Assembly (NCBI RefSeq): GCF_009914755.1
Contig: NC_060933.1
Reading direction: 5' to 3' (one strand)
From: the human T2T-CHM13v2.0 reference genome, Homo sapiens
DNA: 64,000 bases
Shown: piece after piece, positions 26,786 through 42,200 of the stretch
Layout: each line of letters begins with the position of its first letter
How positions within the stretch are numbered: the stretch's first letter is position 1
Program-made: the position numbers and the translations under genes
The notes under the pieces: generated by a model
Told to the model about the DNA's origin: nothing
The model's database searches: none
What the model saw: only the letters and a program-made list of their open reading frames with translations

Positions 26786-29700
26786 AACCCGAGTGCAGGG
26801 GAATGGAGTGGAATGGAAGGCAATGGAATGGAATCATCCGGAATTGAATGGAATGGAATGGAATGGAATGGAATCAACTCGATTGAAATGGAATGGAATG
26901 GAATGGAGTGGATGGGAATGGAATGGAATGTAATGAACCCGAGTGCAGGGGAATGGAATGGAATGGAATGCAATGGAATGGAGTCATCCTGAATGGAACG
27001 GAATGGAATGGAATGGAATCAACCCGTGTGCAATATAATGGAATCGAAAGGAATGGAATGGAATGGAATGGATTCAACCCAAATGGAATGAAAAGGAATG
27101 GAATAAACCCGAGTGGAATGGCATGGAATGGAGTGGAATGGAATGGAATGGAATGGTACAGAATAGAATGGAATGGAACGAAATGGAATGGAATGGAATG
27201 GAATGGAATGGAATGGAATGGAATGGAATGGAACGGAATGCAATGGAAAGGAATGGAATGGAATGGAATGGAATGAACCCGTGTGCAATGGAATGGAATG
27301 GAATGGAATGGGTTCAACACTAATGGAATGCAAAGGAATGGAATCAACACGAGTGGAATGGCATGGAATGGAATGGAATGGAATGGAATGGAATGGAATG
27401 GAATGGAATGGAATGGAATGAAATGGAATGGAATGGAATGGAATCAACCTGAGTGCAGTGTAATGGAATCGAATGGAATGGAATGGAATGGAATGGATTC
27501 AACACGAATGGAATGGAAAGGAATGGAATAAACCCGCGTGGAATGGCATGGAATGGAGTGGAATGGAATGGAATGGAATGGAAAGGAATGGAATCAACCC
27601 GAGTGCAATGTAATGGAATCGAATGGAATGGAATGGAATGGAATGGATTCAACCCGAATGGAATGGAAAGGAATGGACTAAACCCGAGTGGAATGGCATG
27701 GAGTGGAGTGGAATGGAATGGAATGGAATGGAATGGAATGGTACGGAATAGAATGGAATGGAACGACATGGAATGGAATGGAATGGAATGGAATGGAATG
27801 GAATGGAATGGAATGAACCCGTGTGCAATGGAATGGAATCGAATGGAATGGAATGGATTGGAATGGATTCAACTCGAATGGAATGGAAAGGAATGGAATC
27901 AACCCGAGTGGAATGGCATGGAATGGAATGGAATGGAATGGAATGGAAAGGAATGGAATGGAATGGTACGGAATAGAATGGAAAGGAACGAAATGGAATG
28001 GAATGAAATGGAATGGAATGGAATGGAATGGAATGGAATGGAATGGAATCAACCCGAGTGCAGGGGAATGGAATGGAATTGAAGGCAATGGAATGGAATC
28101 ATCCGGAATTGAATGGAATGGAATGGAATCAACTCGATTGCAATGGAATGGAATGGAATGGAATGGAATGGAATGGAATGGAATGGAATGGAATGGAATG
28201 GAATTAACCCGAATAGAATGGAATGGTATGGAATGGAAGTAAATGGAATGGAAGGTAATGAACCCGAGTGCAGGGGAATGGAATGGAATGGAATGCAATG
28301 GAATGGAGTCATCCGGAATGGAACGGAAAGGAATGGAATGGAACCAACCCGTGTGCAATGGAATTGAAAGGAATGGAATGGAATGGAATGGAATGGAATG
28401 GAATGGATTCAACCCGAATGGAATGGAAAGGAAGGGAATCAACCTAAGTGGAATGGCATGGAATGGAATGGATAGGAATGGAATGGAATGGAATGGTACC
28501 GAATGGGATAGAATGGAATGGTACCGAATAGAATGGAATGGAACGAAATGGAATGGAATGGAATGGAATGGAATGGAATGAACCCGTGTGCAATGGATTG
28601 GAATGGAATGGAATGGAATGGAATGGAATGGAATGGGTTCGACTCGAATGGAACGGAATGGAATGAAATCAAACCGAGTGGAATGGCATGGAATGGAATG
28701 GAATGGAATGGAATGGAATGGAATGGAATGGAATGGAAACAACACGAGTGCAATGTAATGGAATCGAATGGAATGGAATGCAATGGATTCAACCCGAATG
28801 GAATGGAAACGAATGGAATAAAACCGAGTGGAATGGCATGGAATGGAGTCTAATGGAATGGAATGGAATCGAATGGTATGGAATAGAATGGAATGGAACG
28901 AAATGGAATGGAATGGAATGGAATGAAATGAACCCGTGTGCAATGGAATGGAATGGAATGGAATGGAATGGAATGGATTCAACTCGAATGGAATGGAAAG
29001 GAATGGAATCAACCCGAGTGGAATGGCATGGAATGGAATGGAATGGAATGGAATTAACCCTAATAGAATGGAATGGAATGGAATGGAATTGAATGGAATG
29101 GAATGGAATGGAAGGAAATGGAATGGAATGGAATGGAATGGAATGGAATGGAATGGAATGGAATGGTACGGAATAGAATGGAATGGAACGAAATGGAATG
29201 GAATGGAATGGAATGGAATGGAATGGAATGGAATGGAATGGAATGGAATCAACCCGAGTGCAGGGGAATGGAATGGAATGGAAGGCAATGGAATGACATC
29301 ATTCGGAATTGAATGGAATGGAATGGAATGGAATGGAATCAACTCGATTGAAATGGAATGGAATGGAATGGAATGGAATGGAATCAACCCGAGTGTAGGG
29401 GAATGGAGTGGAATGGAAGGCAATGGAATGGAATCATCCGGAATTGAATGGAATGGAATGGAATGGAATGGAATCAACTCGATTGAAATGGAATGGAATG
29501 GAATGGAGTGGATGGGAATGGAATGGAATGTAATGAACCCGAGTGCAGGGGAATGGAATGGAATGGAATGCAATGGAATGGAGTCATCCTGAATGGAACG
29601 GAATGGAATGGAATGGAATCAACCCGTGTGCAATATAATGGAATCGAAAGGAATGGAATGGAATGGAATGGATTCAACCCAAATGGAATGAAAAGGAATG

Positions 29701-32700
29701 GAATAAACCCGAGTGGAATGGCATGGAATGGAGTGGAATGGAATGGAATGGAATGGTACAGAATAGAATGGAATGGAACGAAATGGAATGGAATGGAATG
29801 GAATGGAATGGAATGGAATGGAACGGAATGCAATGGAATGGAATGGAATGGAATGGAATGGAATGAACCCGTGTGCAATGGAATGGAATGGAATGGAATG
29901 GGTTCAACACTAATGGAATGCAAAGGAATGGAATCAACACGAGTGGAATGGCATGGAATGGAATGGAATGGAATGGAATGGAATGGAATGGAATGGAATG
30001 GAATGGAATGAAATGGAATGGAATGGAATGGAATCAACCTGAGTGCAGTGTAATGGAATCGAATGGAATGGAATGGAATGGAATGGATTCAACACGAATG
30101 GAATGGAAAGGAATGGAATAAACCCGCGTGGAATGGCATGGAATGGAGTGGAATGGAATGGAATGGAATGGAATGGAATCAACCCGAGTGCAATGTAATG
30201 GAATCGAATGGAATGGAATGGAATGGAATGGATTCAACCCGAATGGAATGGAAAGGAATGGACTAAACCCGAGTGGAATGGCATGGAGTGGAGTGGAATG
30301 GAATGGAATGGAATGGAATGGAATGGTACGGAATAGAATGGAATGGAACGACATGGAATGGAATGGAATGGAATGGAATGGAATGGAATGGAATGGAATG
30401 AACCCGTGTGCAATGGAATGGAATCGAATGGAATGGAATGGATTGGAATGGATTCAACTCGAATGGAATGGAAAGGAATGGAATCAACCCGAGTGGAATG
30501 GCATGGAATGGAATGGAATGGAATGGAAAGGAATGGAATGGAATGGTACGGAATAGAATGGAAAGGAACGAAATGGAATGGAATGAAATGGAATGGAATG
30601 GAATGGAATGGAATGGAATGGAATGGAATGGAATCAACCCGAGTGCAGGGGAATGGAATGGAATTGAAGGCAATGGAATGGAATCATCCGGAATTGAATG
30701 GAATGGAATGGAATCAACTCGATTGCAATGGAATGGAATGGAATGGAATGGAATGGAATGGAATGGAATGGAATGGAATGGAATGGAATGGAATTAACCC
30801 GAATAGAATGGAATGGAATGGAATGGAAGTAAATGGAATGGAAGGTAATGAACCCGAGTGCAGGGGAATGGAATGGAATGGAATGCAATGGAATGGAGTC
30901 ATCCGGAATGGAACGGAAAGGAATGGAATGGAACCAACCCGTGTGCAATGGAATTGAAAGGAATGGAATGGAATGGAATGGAATGGAATGGAATGGATTC
31001 AACCCGAATGGAATGGAAAGGAAGGGAATCAACCCAAGTGGAATGGCATGGAATGGAATGGATAGGAATGGAATGGAATGGAATGGTACCGAATGGGATA
31101 GAATGGAATGGTACCGAATAGAATGGAATGGAACGAAATGGAATGGAATGGAATGGAATGGAATGGAATGAACCCGTGTGCAATGGATTGGAATGGAATG
31201 GAATGGAATGGAATGGAATGGAATGGGTTCGACTCGAATGGAACGGAATGGAATGAAATCAAACCGAGTGGAATGGCATGGAATGGAATGGAATGGAATG
31301 GAATGGAATGGAATGGAATGGAATGGAATGGAAACAACACGAGTGCAATGTAATGGAATCGAATGGAATGGAATGCAATGGATTCAACCCGAATGGAATG
31401 GAAACGAATGGAATAAAACCGAGTGGAATGGCATGGAATGGAGTCTAATGGAATGGAATGGAATCGAATGGTATGGAATAGAATGGAATGGAACGAAATG
31501 GAATGGAATGGAATGGAATGAAATGAACCCGTGTGCAATGGAATGGAATGGAATGGAATGGAATGGAATGGATTCAACTCGAATGGAATGGAAAGGAATG
31601 GAATCAACCCGAGTGGAATGGCATGGAATGGAATGGAATGGAATGGAATTAACCCTAATAGAATGGAATGGAATGGAATGGAATTGAATGGAATGGAATG
31701 GAATGGAAGGAAATGGAATGGAATGGAATGGAATGGAATGGAATGGAATGGAATGGAATGGTACGGAATAGAATGGAATGGAACGAAATGGAATGGAATG
31801 GAATGGAATGGAATGGAATGGAAGTGAATGGAATGGAATGTAATGAAACCGAGTGCAGGGGAATGGAATGGAATGGAATGCAATGGAATGGAGTCATCCG
31901 GAATGGAACGGAATGGAATGGAATGGAATCAACCCGAGTGCAATGGAATGGAATGGAATGGAAAGGAATGGAATGGAATGGACTCAACCCGAATGGAATG
32001 GAAAGGAATGGAATCAACCCGAGAGGAATGGCATGGAATGGAATGGAATGGAATGGAGTGGAATGGTACAGAATAGAATGTAATGGAACGAAATGGAATG
32101 GAATGGAATGGAATGGAATGGAATCATTCCGAGTGGAATAGAAGGGAATGTTTTCGAGTGGAATGAAAAGGAATGGAATCAACCAGAGTGGAATGGAATG
32201 GAATCGAGTGGAATGGAATGCAATCGAATGGAATGGAAAGGAATAGAATGGAATCAACCCGAGTGGAATGGAATGGAAAGGACTGGAATGGAATGGAATG
32301 GAATGCAATGGAATCAACTCGATTGCAATGAAATGGAATGGAATGGAATGGAATGGAATGGAATGGAATTAACCGGAATAGAATGGAATTGAATGGAATG
32401 GAAAGGAATGGAATGGAATAGAATGGAATGGAATGGATTCAACTCGAATGGAATGGAAAGGAATGGAATCAACCCGAGTGGAATGGCATGGAACGGAATG
32501 GAATGGAATGGAATGGAATGGAATTAACCCTAATAGAATGGAATGGAACGAAATGGAATGGAATGGAATGGAATGGAACGGAAAGGAATGGAATGGATTC
32601 AACTCGAATGGAATGGAAAGGAATGAAATCAACCCGAGTGGAATAGCATGGATTGGAATGGAAAGGAATGGAATGGAATGGTACGGAATAGAGTGGAATG

Positions 32701-35700
32701 GAACGAAATGGAATGGAATGGAATGGAATGGAATGGAATGGAATGGAATGGAATGGAATCAACCCGAGTGCAGGGGAATGGAGTGGAATGGAAGGCAATG
32801 GAATGGAATCATCCGGAATGGAATGGAATGGAATGGAATGGAATGGAATGGAATCAACCTGAGTGCAGGGGAATGGAATGCAATGGAATGCAATGGAATG
32901 GAATGCAATGGAAACAACTCGATTGCAATGGAATGGAATGGAATGGAATGGAATGGAATGGAATGGAATGGAATGGAATTAACCTGAACAGAATGGAATG
33001 GAATGGAATGGAATGGAACGGAATGGAATGGAATGGAATGGAATGGAATCAACCCGAGTGCAGGGGAATGGAATGGAAGGAAATGCAATGGAATGGATTC
33101 ATCCGGAATGGAATGGAATGGAATGGAATGCAATGGAATGGAATCAATCAACCCGAGTGCAATGCAATGGAGTGGAATGGAATGGAATGGAACGGAAACT
33201 ACCCGAATGGAATGGAATCTAATGGAGTGTAAGGGAATTGAAAAGAATCAATCCGAATGTAATGGAATGGAATGGAACGGAATGAAATGGAATGGCATGG
33301 AATGGAATGGAATTAACCCGAGTTCAATGGAATGGAATTGAACGGAATGGAATGGAAAGGAATGGATTCAACCCGAATGGAATGGAAAGGAATGGAATGG
33401 AATGGAATGGAATGGTACGGAATAGAATGGAATGGAACGAAATGGAATGGAATGGAATGGAATGGAATGGAATGAACCCGTGTGCAATGGATTGGAATGG
33501 AATGGAATGGAATGGAATGGAATGGAATGGAATGGTTTCAACTCGAATGGAATGGAAAGGAGTGGAATCAACCCGAGTGGAATGGCATGGAACGGAATGG
33601 AATGGAATGGAATGGAATGGAAAGGAATGGAATAGAATGAAATGGAATGGAATGGAATGGAATGGAAACAACACGAGTGCAATGTAATGGAATCGAGTGG
33701 AATGGAATTGAATGGATAGGAATGGATTCAATCCGAATGGAATGGAAAGGAATGGAATAAACCCGAGAGGAATAGCATGGAATGGAGTGGAATGGAATGG
33801 AATGGAAAGGAATGGTATGGAATAGAATGGAATGGAACTAAATGGAATGGAATGGAATGGAATGGAATGGAATAGAATGAACCCGTGTGCAATGGAATGG
33901 AATGGAATGGAATGGAATGGAATGGAATGGAATGGATTCAACTCGAATGGAATGGAAAGGAATGGAATCAACCCGAGTGGAATAGCATGGATTGGAATGG
34001 AAAGGAATGGAATGGAATGGTACGGAATAGAGTGGAATGGAACGAAATGGAATGGAATGGAATGGAATGGAATGGAATCAACCCGAGTGCAGGGGAATGG
34101 AGTGGAATGGAAGGCAATGGAATGGAATCATCCGGAATTGAATGGAATGGAATGGAATGGAATGGAATCAACTCGATTGAAATGGAATGGAATGGAATGG
34201 AGTGGATGGGAATGGAATGGAATGTAATGAACCCGAGTGCAGGGGAATGGAATGGAATGGAATGCAATGGAATGGAGTCATCCTGAATGGAACGGAATGG
34301 AATGGAATGGAATCAACCCGTGTGCAATATAATGGAATCGAAAGGAATGGAATGGAATGGAATGGATTCAACCCAAATGGAATGAAAAGGAATGGAATAA
34401 ACCCGAGTGGAATGGCATGGAATGGAGTGGAATGGAATGGAATGGAATGGTACAGAATAGAATGGAATGGAACGAAATGGAATGGAATGGAATGGAATGG
34501 AATGGAATGGAATGGAATGGAATGGAACGGAATGCAATGGAATGGAATGGAATGGAATGGAATGGAATGGAATGAACCCGTGTGCAATGGAATGGAATGG
34601 AATGGAATGGGTTCAACACTAATGGAATGCAAAGGACTGGAATCAACACGAGTGGAATGGCATGGAATGGAATGGAATGGAATGGAATGGAATGGAATGG
34701 AATGGAATGAAATGGAATGGAATGGAATGGAATCAACCTGAGTGCAGTGTAATGGAATCGAATGGAATGGAATGGAATGGAATGGATTCAACACGAATGG
34801 AATGGAAAGGAATGGAATAAACCCGCGTGGAATGGCATGGAATGGAGTGGAATGGAATGGAATGGAATGGAATGGAATCAACCCGAGTGCAATGTAATGG
34901 AATCGAATGGAATGGAATGGAATGGAATGGATTCAACCCGAATGGAATGGAAAGGAATGGACTAAACCCGAGTGGAATGGCATGGAGTGGAGTGGAATGG
35001 AATGGAATGGAATGGAATGGAATGGTACGGAATAGAATGGAATGGAAAGACATGGAATGGAATGGAATGGAATGGAATGGAATGGAATGGAATGGAATGA
35101 ACCCGTGTGCAATGGAATGGAATCGAATGGAATGGAATGGATTGGAATGGATTCAACTCGAATGGAATGGAAAGGAATGGAATCAACCCGAGTGGAATGG
35201 CATGGAATGGAATGGAATGGAATGGAATGGAAAGGAATGGAATGGAATGGTACGGAATAGAATGGAAAGGAACGAAATGGAATGGAATGAAATGGAATGG
35301 AATGGAATGGAATGGAATGGAATGGAATGGAATGGAATGGAATGGAATGGAATCAACCCGAGTGCAGGGGAATGGAATGGAATTGAAGGCAATGGAATGG
35401 AATCATCCGGAATTGAATGGAATGGAATGGAATCAACTCGATTGCAATGGAATGGAATGGAATGGAATGGAATGGAATGGAATGGAATGGAATGGAATGG
35501 AATTAACCCGAATAGAATGGAATGGAATGGAATGGAAGTAAATGGAATGGAAGGTAATGAACCCGAGTGCAGGGGAATGGAATGGAATGGAATGCAATAG
35601 AATGGAGTCATCCGGAATGGAACGGAAAGGAATGGAATGGAACCAACCCGTGTGCAATGGAATTGAAAGGAATGGAATGGAATGGAATGGAATGGAATGG

Positions 35701-36299
35701 AATGGATTCAACCCGAATGGAATGGAAAGGAACGGAATTAACCTAAGTGGAATGGCATGGAATGGAATGGATAGGAATGGAATGGAATGGAATGGTACCG
35801 AATGGGATAGAATGGAATGGTACCGAATAGAATGGAATGGAACGAAATGGAATGGAATGGAATGGAATGGAATGGAATGAACCCGTGTGCAATGGATTGG
35901 AATGGAATGGAATGGAATGGAATGGGTTCGACTCGAATGGAACGGAATGGAATGAAATCAAACCGAGTGGAATGGCATGGAATGGAATGGAATGGAATGG
36001 AATGGAATGGAATGGAATGGAATGGAAACAACACGAGTGCAATGTAATGGAATCGAATGGAATGGAATGCAATGGATTCAACCCGAATGGAATGGAAACG
36101 AATGGAATAAAACCGAGTGGAATGGCATGGAATGGAGTCTAATGGAATGGAATGGAATCGAATGGTATGGAATAGAATGGAATGGAACGAAATGGAATGG
36201 AATGGAATGGAATGAAATGAACCCGTGTGCAATGGAATGGAATGGAATGGAATGGAATGGAATGGATTCAACTCGAATGGAATGGAAAGGAATGGAATC

Positions 36300-39200
36300 A
36301 ACCCGAGTGGAATGGCATGGAATGGAATGGAATGGAATGGAATTAACCCTAATAGAATGGAATGGAATGGAATGGAATTGAATGGAATGGAATGGAATGG
36401 AAGGAAATGGAATGGAATGGAATGGAATGGAATGGAATGGAATGGTACGGAATAGAATGGAATGGAACGAAATGGAATGGAATGGAATGGAATGGAATGG
36501 AATGGAATGGAATGGAATGGAATCAACCCGAGTGCAGGGGAATGGAATGGAATGGAAGGCAATGGAATGACATCATTCGGAATTGAATGGAATGGAATGG
36601 AATGGAATGGAATCAACTCGATTGAAATGGAATGGAATGGAATGGAATGGAATGGAATGGAATGGAAGTGAATGGAATGGAATGGAATGAAACCGAGTGC
36701 AGGGGAATGGAATGGAATGGAATGCAATGGAATGGAGTCATCCGGAATGGAACGGAATGGAATGGAATGGAATCAACCCGAGTGCAATGGAATGGAATGG
36801 AATGGAAAGGAATGGAATGGAATGGACTCAACCCGAATGGAATGGAAAGGAATGGAATCAACCCGAGAGGAATGGCATGGAATGGAATGGAATGGAATGG
36901 AGTGGAATGGTACAGAATAGAATGTAATGGAACGAAATGGAATGGAATGGAATGGAATGGAATGGAATCATTCCGAGTGGAATAGAAGGGAATGTTTTCG
37001 AGTGGAATGAAAAGGAATGGAATCAACCAGAGTGGAATGGAATGGAATCGAGTGGAATGGAATGCAATCGAATGGAATGGAAAGGAATAGAATGGAATCA
37101 ACCCGAGTGGAATGGAATGGAAAGGACTGGAATGGAATGGAATGGAATGCAATGGAATCAACTCGATTGCAATGAAATGGAATGGAATGGAATGGAATGG
37201 AATGGAATGGAATTAACCGGAATAGAATGGAATTGAATGGAATGGAAAGGAATGGAATGGAATAGAATGGAATGGAATGGATTCAACTCGAATGGAATGG
37301 AAAGGAATGGAATCAACCCGAGTGGAATGGCATGGAACGGAATGGAATGGAATGGAATGGAATGGAATTAACCCTAATAGAATGGAATGGAACGAAATGG
37401 AATGGAATGGAATGGAATGGAACGGAAAGGAATGGAATGGATTCAACTCGAATGGAATGGAAAGGAATGAAATCAACCCGAGTGGAATAGCATGGATTGG
37501 AATGGAAAGGAATGGAATGGAATGGTACGGAATAGAGTGGAATGGAACGAAATGGAATGGAATGGAATGGAATGGAATGGAATGGAATGGAATGGAATGG
37601 AATGGAATCAACCCGAGTGCAGGGGAATGGAGTGGAATGGAAGGCAATGGAATGGAATCATCCGGAATGGAATGGAATGGAATGGAATGGAATGGAATGG
37701 AATGGAATGGAATCAACCTGAGTGCAGGGGAATGGAATGCAATGGAATGCAATGGAATGGAATGCAATGGAAACAACTCGATTGCAATGGAATGGAATGG
37801 AATGGAATGGAATGGAATGGAATGGAATGGAATTAACCTGAACAGAATGGAATGGAATGGAATGGAATGGAACGGAATGGAATGGAATGGAATGGAATGG
37901 AATCAACCCGAGTGCAGGGGAATGGAATGGAAGGAAATGCAATGGAATGGATTCATCCGGAATGGAATGGAATGGAATGGAATGCAATGGAATGGAATCA
38001 ATCAACCCGAGTGCAATGCAATGGAGTGGAATGGAATGGAATGGAACGGAAACTACCCGAATGGAATGGAATCTAATGGAGTGTAAGGGAATTGAAAAGA
38101 ATCAATCCGAATGTAATGGAATGGAATGGAACGGAATGAAATGGAATGGCATGGAATGGAATGGAATTAACCCGAGTTCAATGGAATGGAATTGAACGGA
38201 ATGGAATGGAAAGGAATGGATTCAACCCGAATGGAATGGAAAGGAATGGAATGGAATGGAATGGAATGGTACGGAATAGAATGGAATGGAACGAAATGGA
38301 ATGGAATGGAATGGAATGGAATGGAATGGAATGGAATGGAATGAACCCGTGTGCAATGGATTGGAATGGAATGGAATGGAATGGAATGGAATGGAATGGA
38401 ATGGAATGGTTTCAACTCGAATGGAATGGAAAGGAGTGGAATCAACCCGAGTGGAATGGCATGGAACGGAATGGAATGGAATGGAATGGAATGGAAAGGA
38501 ATGGAATAGAATGAAATGGAATGGAATGGAATGGAATGGAAACAACACGAGTGCAATGTAATGGAATCGAGTGGAATGGAATTGAATGGATAGGAATGGA
38601 TTCAATCCGAATGGAATGGAAAGGAATGGAATAAACCCAAGAGGAATAGCATGGAATGGAGTGGAATGGAATGGAATGGAAAGGAATGGTATGGAATAGA
38701 ATGGAATGGAACTAAATGGAATGGAATGGAATGGAATGGAATGGAATAGAATGAACCCGTGTGCAATGGAATGGAATGGAATGGAATGGAATGGAATGGA
38801 ATGGAATGGATTCAACTCGAATGGAATGGAAAGGAATGGAATCAACCCGAGTGGAATAGCATGGATTGGAATGGAAAGGAATGGAATGGAATGGTACGGA
38901 ATAGAGTGGAATGGAACGAAATGGAATGGAATGGAATGGAATGGAATGGAATCAACCCGAGTGCAGGGGAATGGAGTGGAATGGAAGGCAATGGAATGGA
39001 ATCATCCGGAATTGAATGGAATGGAATGGAATGGAATGGAATCAACTCGATTGAAATGGAATGGAATGGAATGGAATGGAGTGGATGGGAATGGAATGGA
39101 ATGTAATGAACCCGAGTGCAGGGGAATGGAATGGAATGGAATGCAATGGAATGGAGTCATCCTGAATGGAACGGAATGGAATGGAATGGAATCAACCCGT

Positions 39201-42200
39201 GTGCAATATAATGGAATCGAAAGGAATGGAATGGAATGGAATGGATTCAACCCAAATGGAATGAAAAGGAATGGAATAAACCCGAGTGGAATGGCATGGA
39301 ATGGAGTGGAATGGAATGGAATGGAATGGTACAGAATAGAATGGAATGGAACGAAATGGAATGGAATGGAATGGAATGGAATGGAATGGAATGGAACGGA
39401 ATGCAATGGAATGGAATGGAATGGAATGAACCCGTGTGCAATGGAATGGAATGGAATGGAATGGGTTCAACACTAATGGAATGCAAAGGAATGGAATCAA
39501 CACGAGTGGAATGGCATGGAATGGAATGGAATGGAATGGAATGGAATGGAATGGAATGAAATGGAATGGAATGGAATGGAATGGAATCAACCTGAGTGCA
39601 GTGTAATGGAATCGAATGGAATGGAATGGAATGGAATGGATTCAACACGAATGGAATGGAAAGGAATGGAATAAAACCGCGTGGAATGGCATGGAATGGA
39701 GTGGAATGGAATGGAATGGAATGGAATGGAATCAACCCGAGTGCAATGTAATGGAATCGAATGGAATGGAATGGAATGGAATGGATTCAACCGGAATGGA
39801 ATGGAAAGGAATGGACTAAACCCGAGTGGAATGGCATGGAGTGGAGTGGAATGGAATGGAATGGAATGGAATGGAATGGTACGGAATAGAGTGGAATGGA
39901 ACGACATGGAATGGAATGGAATGGAATGGAATGGAATGGAATGGAATGAACCCGTGTGCAATGGAATGCAATCGAATGGAATGGAATGGATTGGAATGGA
40001 TTCAACTCGAATGTAATGGAAAGGAATGGAATCAACCCGAGTGGAATGGCATGGAATGGAATGGAATGGAATGGAATGGAATGGAATGGAATGGAATGGT
40101 ACGGAATAGAATGGAAAGGAACGAAATGGAATGGAATGAAATGGAATGGAATGGAATGGAATGGAATGGAATGGAATGGAATGGAATCAACCCGAGTGCA
40201 GGGGAATGGAATGGAATTGAAGGCAATGGAATGGAATCATCCGGAATTGAATGGAATGGAATGGAATCAACTCGATTGCAATGGAATGGAATGGAATGGA
40301 ATGGAATGGAATGGAATGGAATGGAATGGAATGGAATGGAATTAACCCGAATAGAATGGAATGGAATGGAATGGAAGTAAATGGAATGGAAGGTAATGAA
40401 CCCGAGTGCAGGGGAATGGAATGGAATGGAATGCAATGGAATGGAGTCATCCGGAATGGAACGGAAAGGAATGGAATGGAACCAACCCGTGTGCAATGGA
40501 ATTGAAAGGAATGGAATGGAATGGAATGGAATGGAATGGAATGGATTCAACCCGAATGGAATGGAAAGGAAGGGAATCAAACCAAGTGGAATGGCATGGA
40601 ATGGAATGGATAGGAATGGAATGGAATGGAATGGTACCGAATGGAATAGAATGGAATGGTACCGAATAGAATGGAATGGAACGAAATGGAATGGAATGGA
40701 ATGGAATGGAATGGAATGAACCTGTGTGCAATGGATTGGAATGGAATGGAATGGAATGGAATGGAATGGGTTCGACTCGAATGGAACGGAATGGAATGAA
40801 ATCAAACCGAGTGGAATGGCATGGAATGCAATGCAATGGAATGGAATGGAATGGAATGGAATGGAATGGAATGAACCCGTGTGCAATGGAATGGAATCGA
40901 ATGGAATGGAATGGAATGCAAAGGATACAACTCGAATGGAATTGAAAGGAATGAAATCAACCCGAGTGGAATGGCATGGACTGGAATGGAATGGAATGGC
41001 ATGGAATGGAATGGAATTGAATGGTACGGAATAGAATCGAATGGAACGAAATGGAATGGAATGGAATGGAATGGAATGGAATGGAAACAACCCGAGTGCA
41101 TGGTAATGGAATGGAATGGAAGGAAATGGAATGGAATCATCCGGAATGGAATGGAATGGAATGGAATGGAATGGAATGGAATGGAATCAACTCGATTGCA
41201 ATGGAATGGAATGGAATGGAATGGAATGGAATGGAATTAACCCGGATAGAATCGAATGGAATGGAATGGAATGGAATGGAATGGAATGGAATGGAAGGGA
41301 ATGGAATGTAATGGAATGGAATGGAATTAACCCGAATAGAATGGAATGGAACGGAAAGGAAGGGAATGGAATGGAATGTAATCAACTCCAGTGCAGGGGA
41401 ATACAATGGAATGGAATGAAATGGAATGGAGTCATACGGAATGGAAGGGAATGGAATGGAATCAACCAGAGTGCAATGGAATGGAGTGGAATGGAATGGA
41501 ATAGAATGGAAACAACACGAATGGAATAGAATGTAATGGAGTGTAAGGGAATTGCATATAATCAATCCGAATGTAATGGAATGGAACGGAAAGGAATGGA
41601 ATGGAATGGAATGGAATGGAATGGAATGGAATTGAATGAAATGGAATGGCATGGAATGGAATGGAATCAACCCGAGTTCAATGGAATTGAATGGAATGGA
41701 ATGGAATGGAATGGAATGGAATCAACTAGATTGCAATGGAATGGAATGGAATGGGATGGAATGGAATGGAATGGAATGGAATGGAATTAACCCTAATAGA
41801 ATGGAATGGAATGGAATGGAATGGAATAGAATGGAATGGAATGGAATAGAATGGAATGGAAAGGAATGGAATGGAATGGAATGGAATGGAATTAACCCGA
41901 GTTCAATGGAATTGAATGGAATGGAATGGAATGGAATGGAATGGAATGGAATCAACTCGATTGCAATGGAATGGAATGGAATGGGATGGAATGGAATGGA
42001 ATGGAATGGAATGGAATTAACCCTAATAGAATGGAATGGAATGGAATGGAATGGAATAGAATGGAATGGAAGGGAATGGAATGGAATGGAATGGAATGGA
42101 ATTAACCCGAATAGAATGGAATGGAATGGAATGGAATGGAATGGAATGGAATGGAATGGAATCAACTCGATTTCAATGGAATGGAATGGAATGGAATGGA

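Noticed and set aside
27678-29573. Longest ORF (631 aa, IPFHS repeats) and all other MEWNG/IPFHS ORFs
   Set aside because: (GGAAT)n and (ATTCC)n contain no stop codon in any frame and GGAATG supplies ATGs, so overlapping ORFs in all six frames are expected artefacts. There is no domain-like content.
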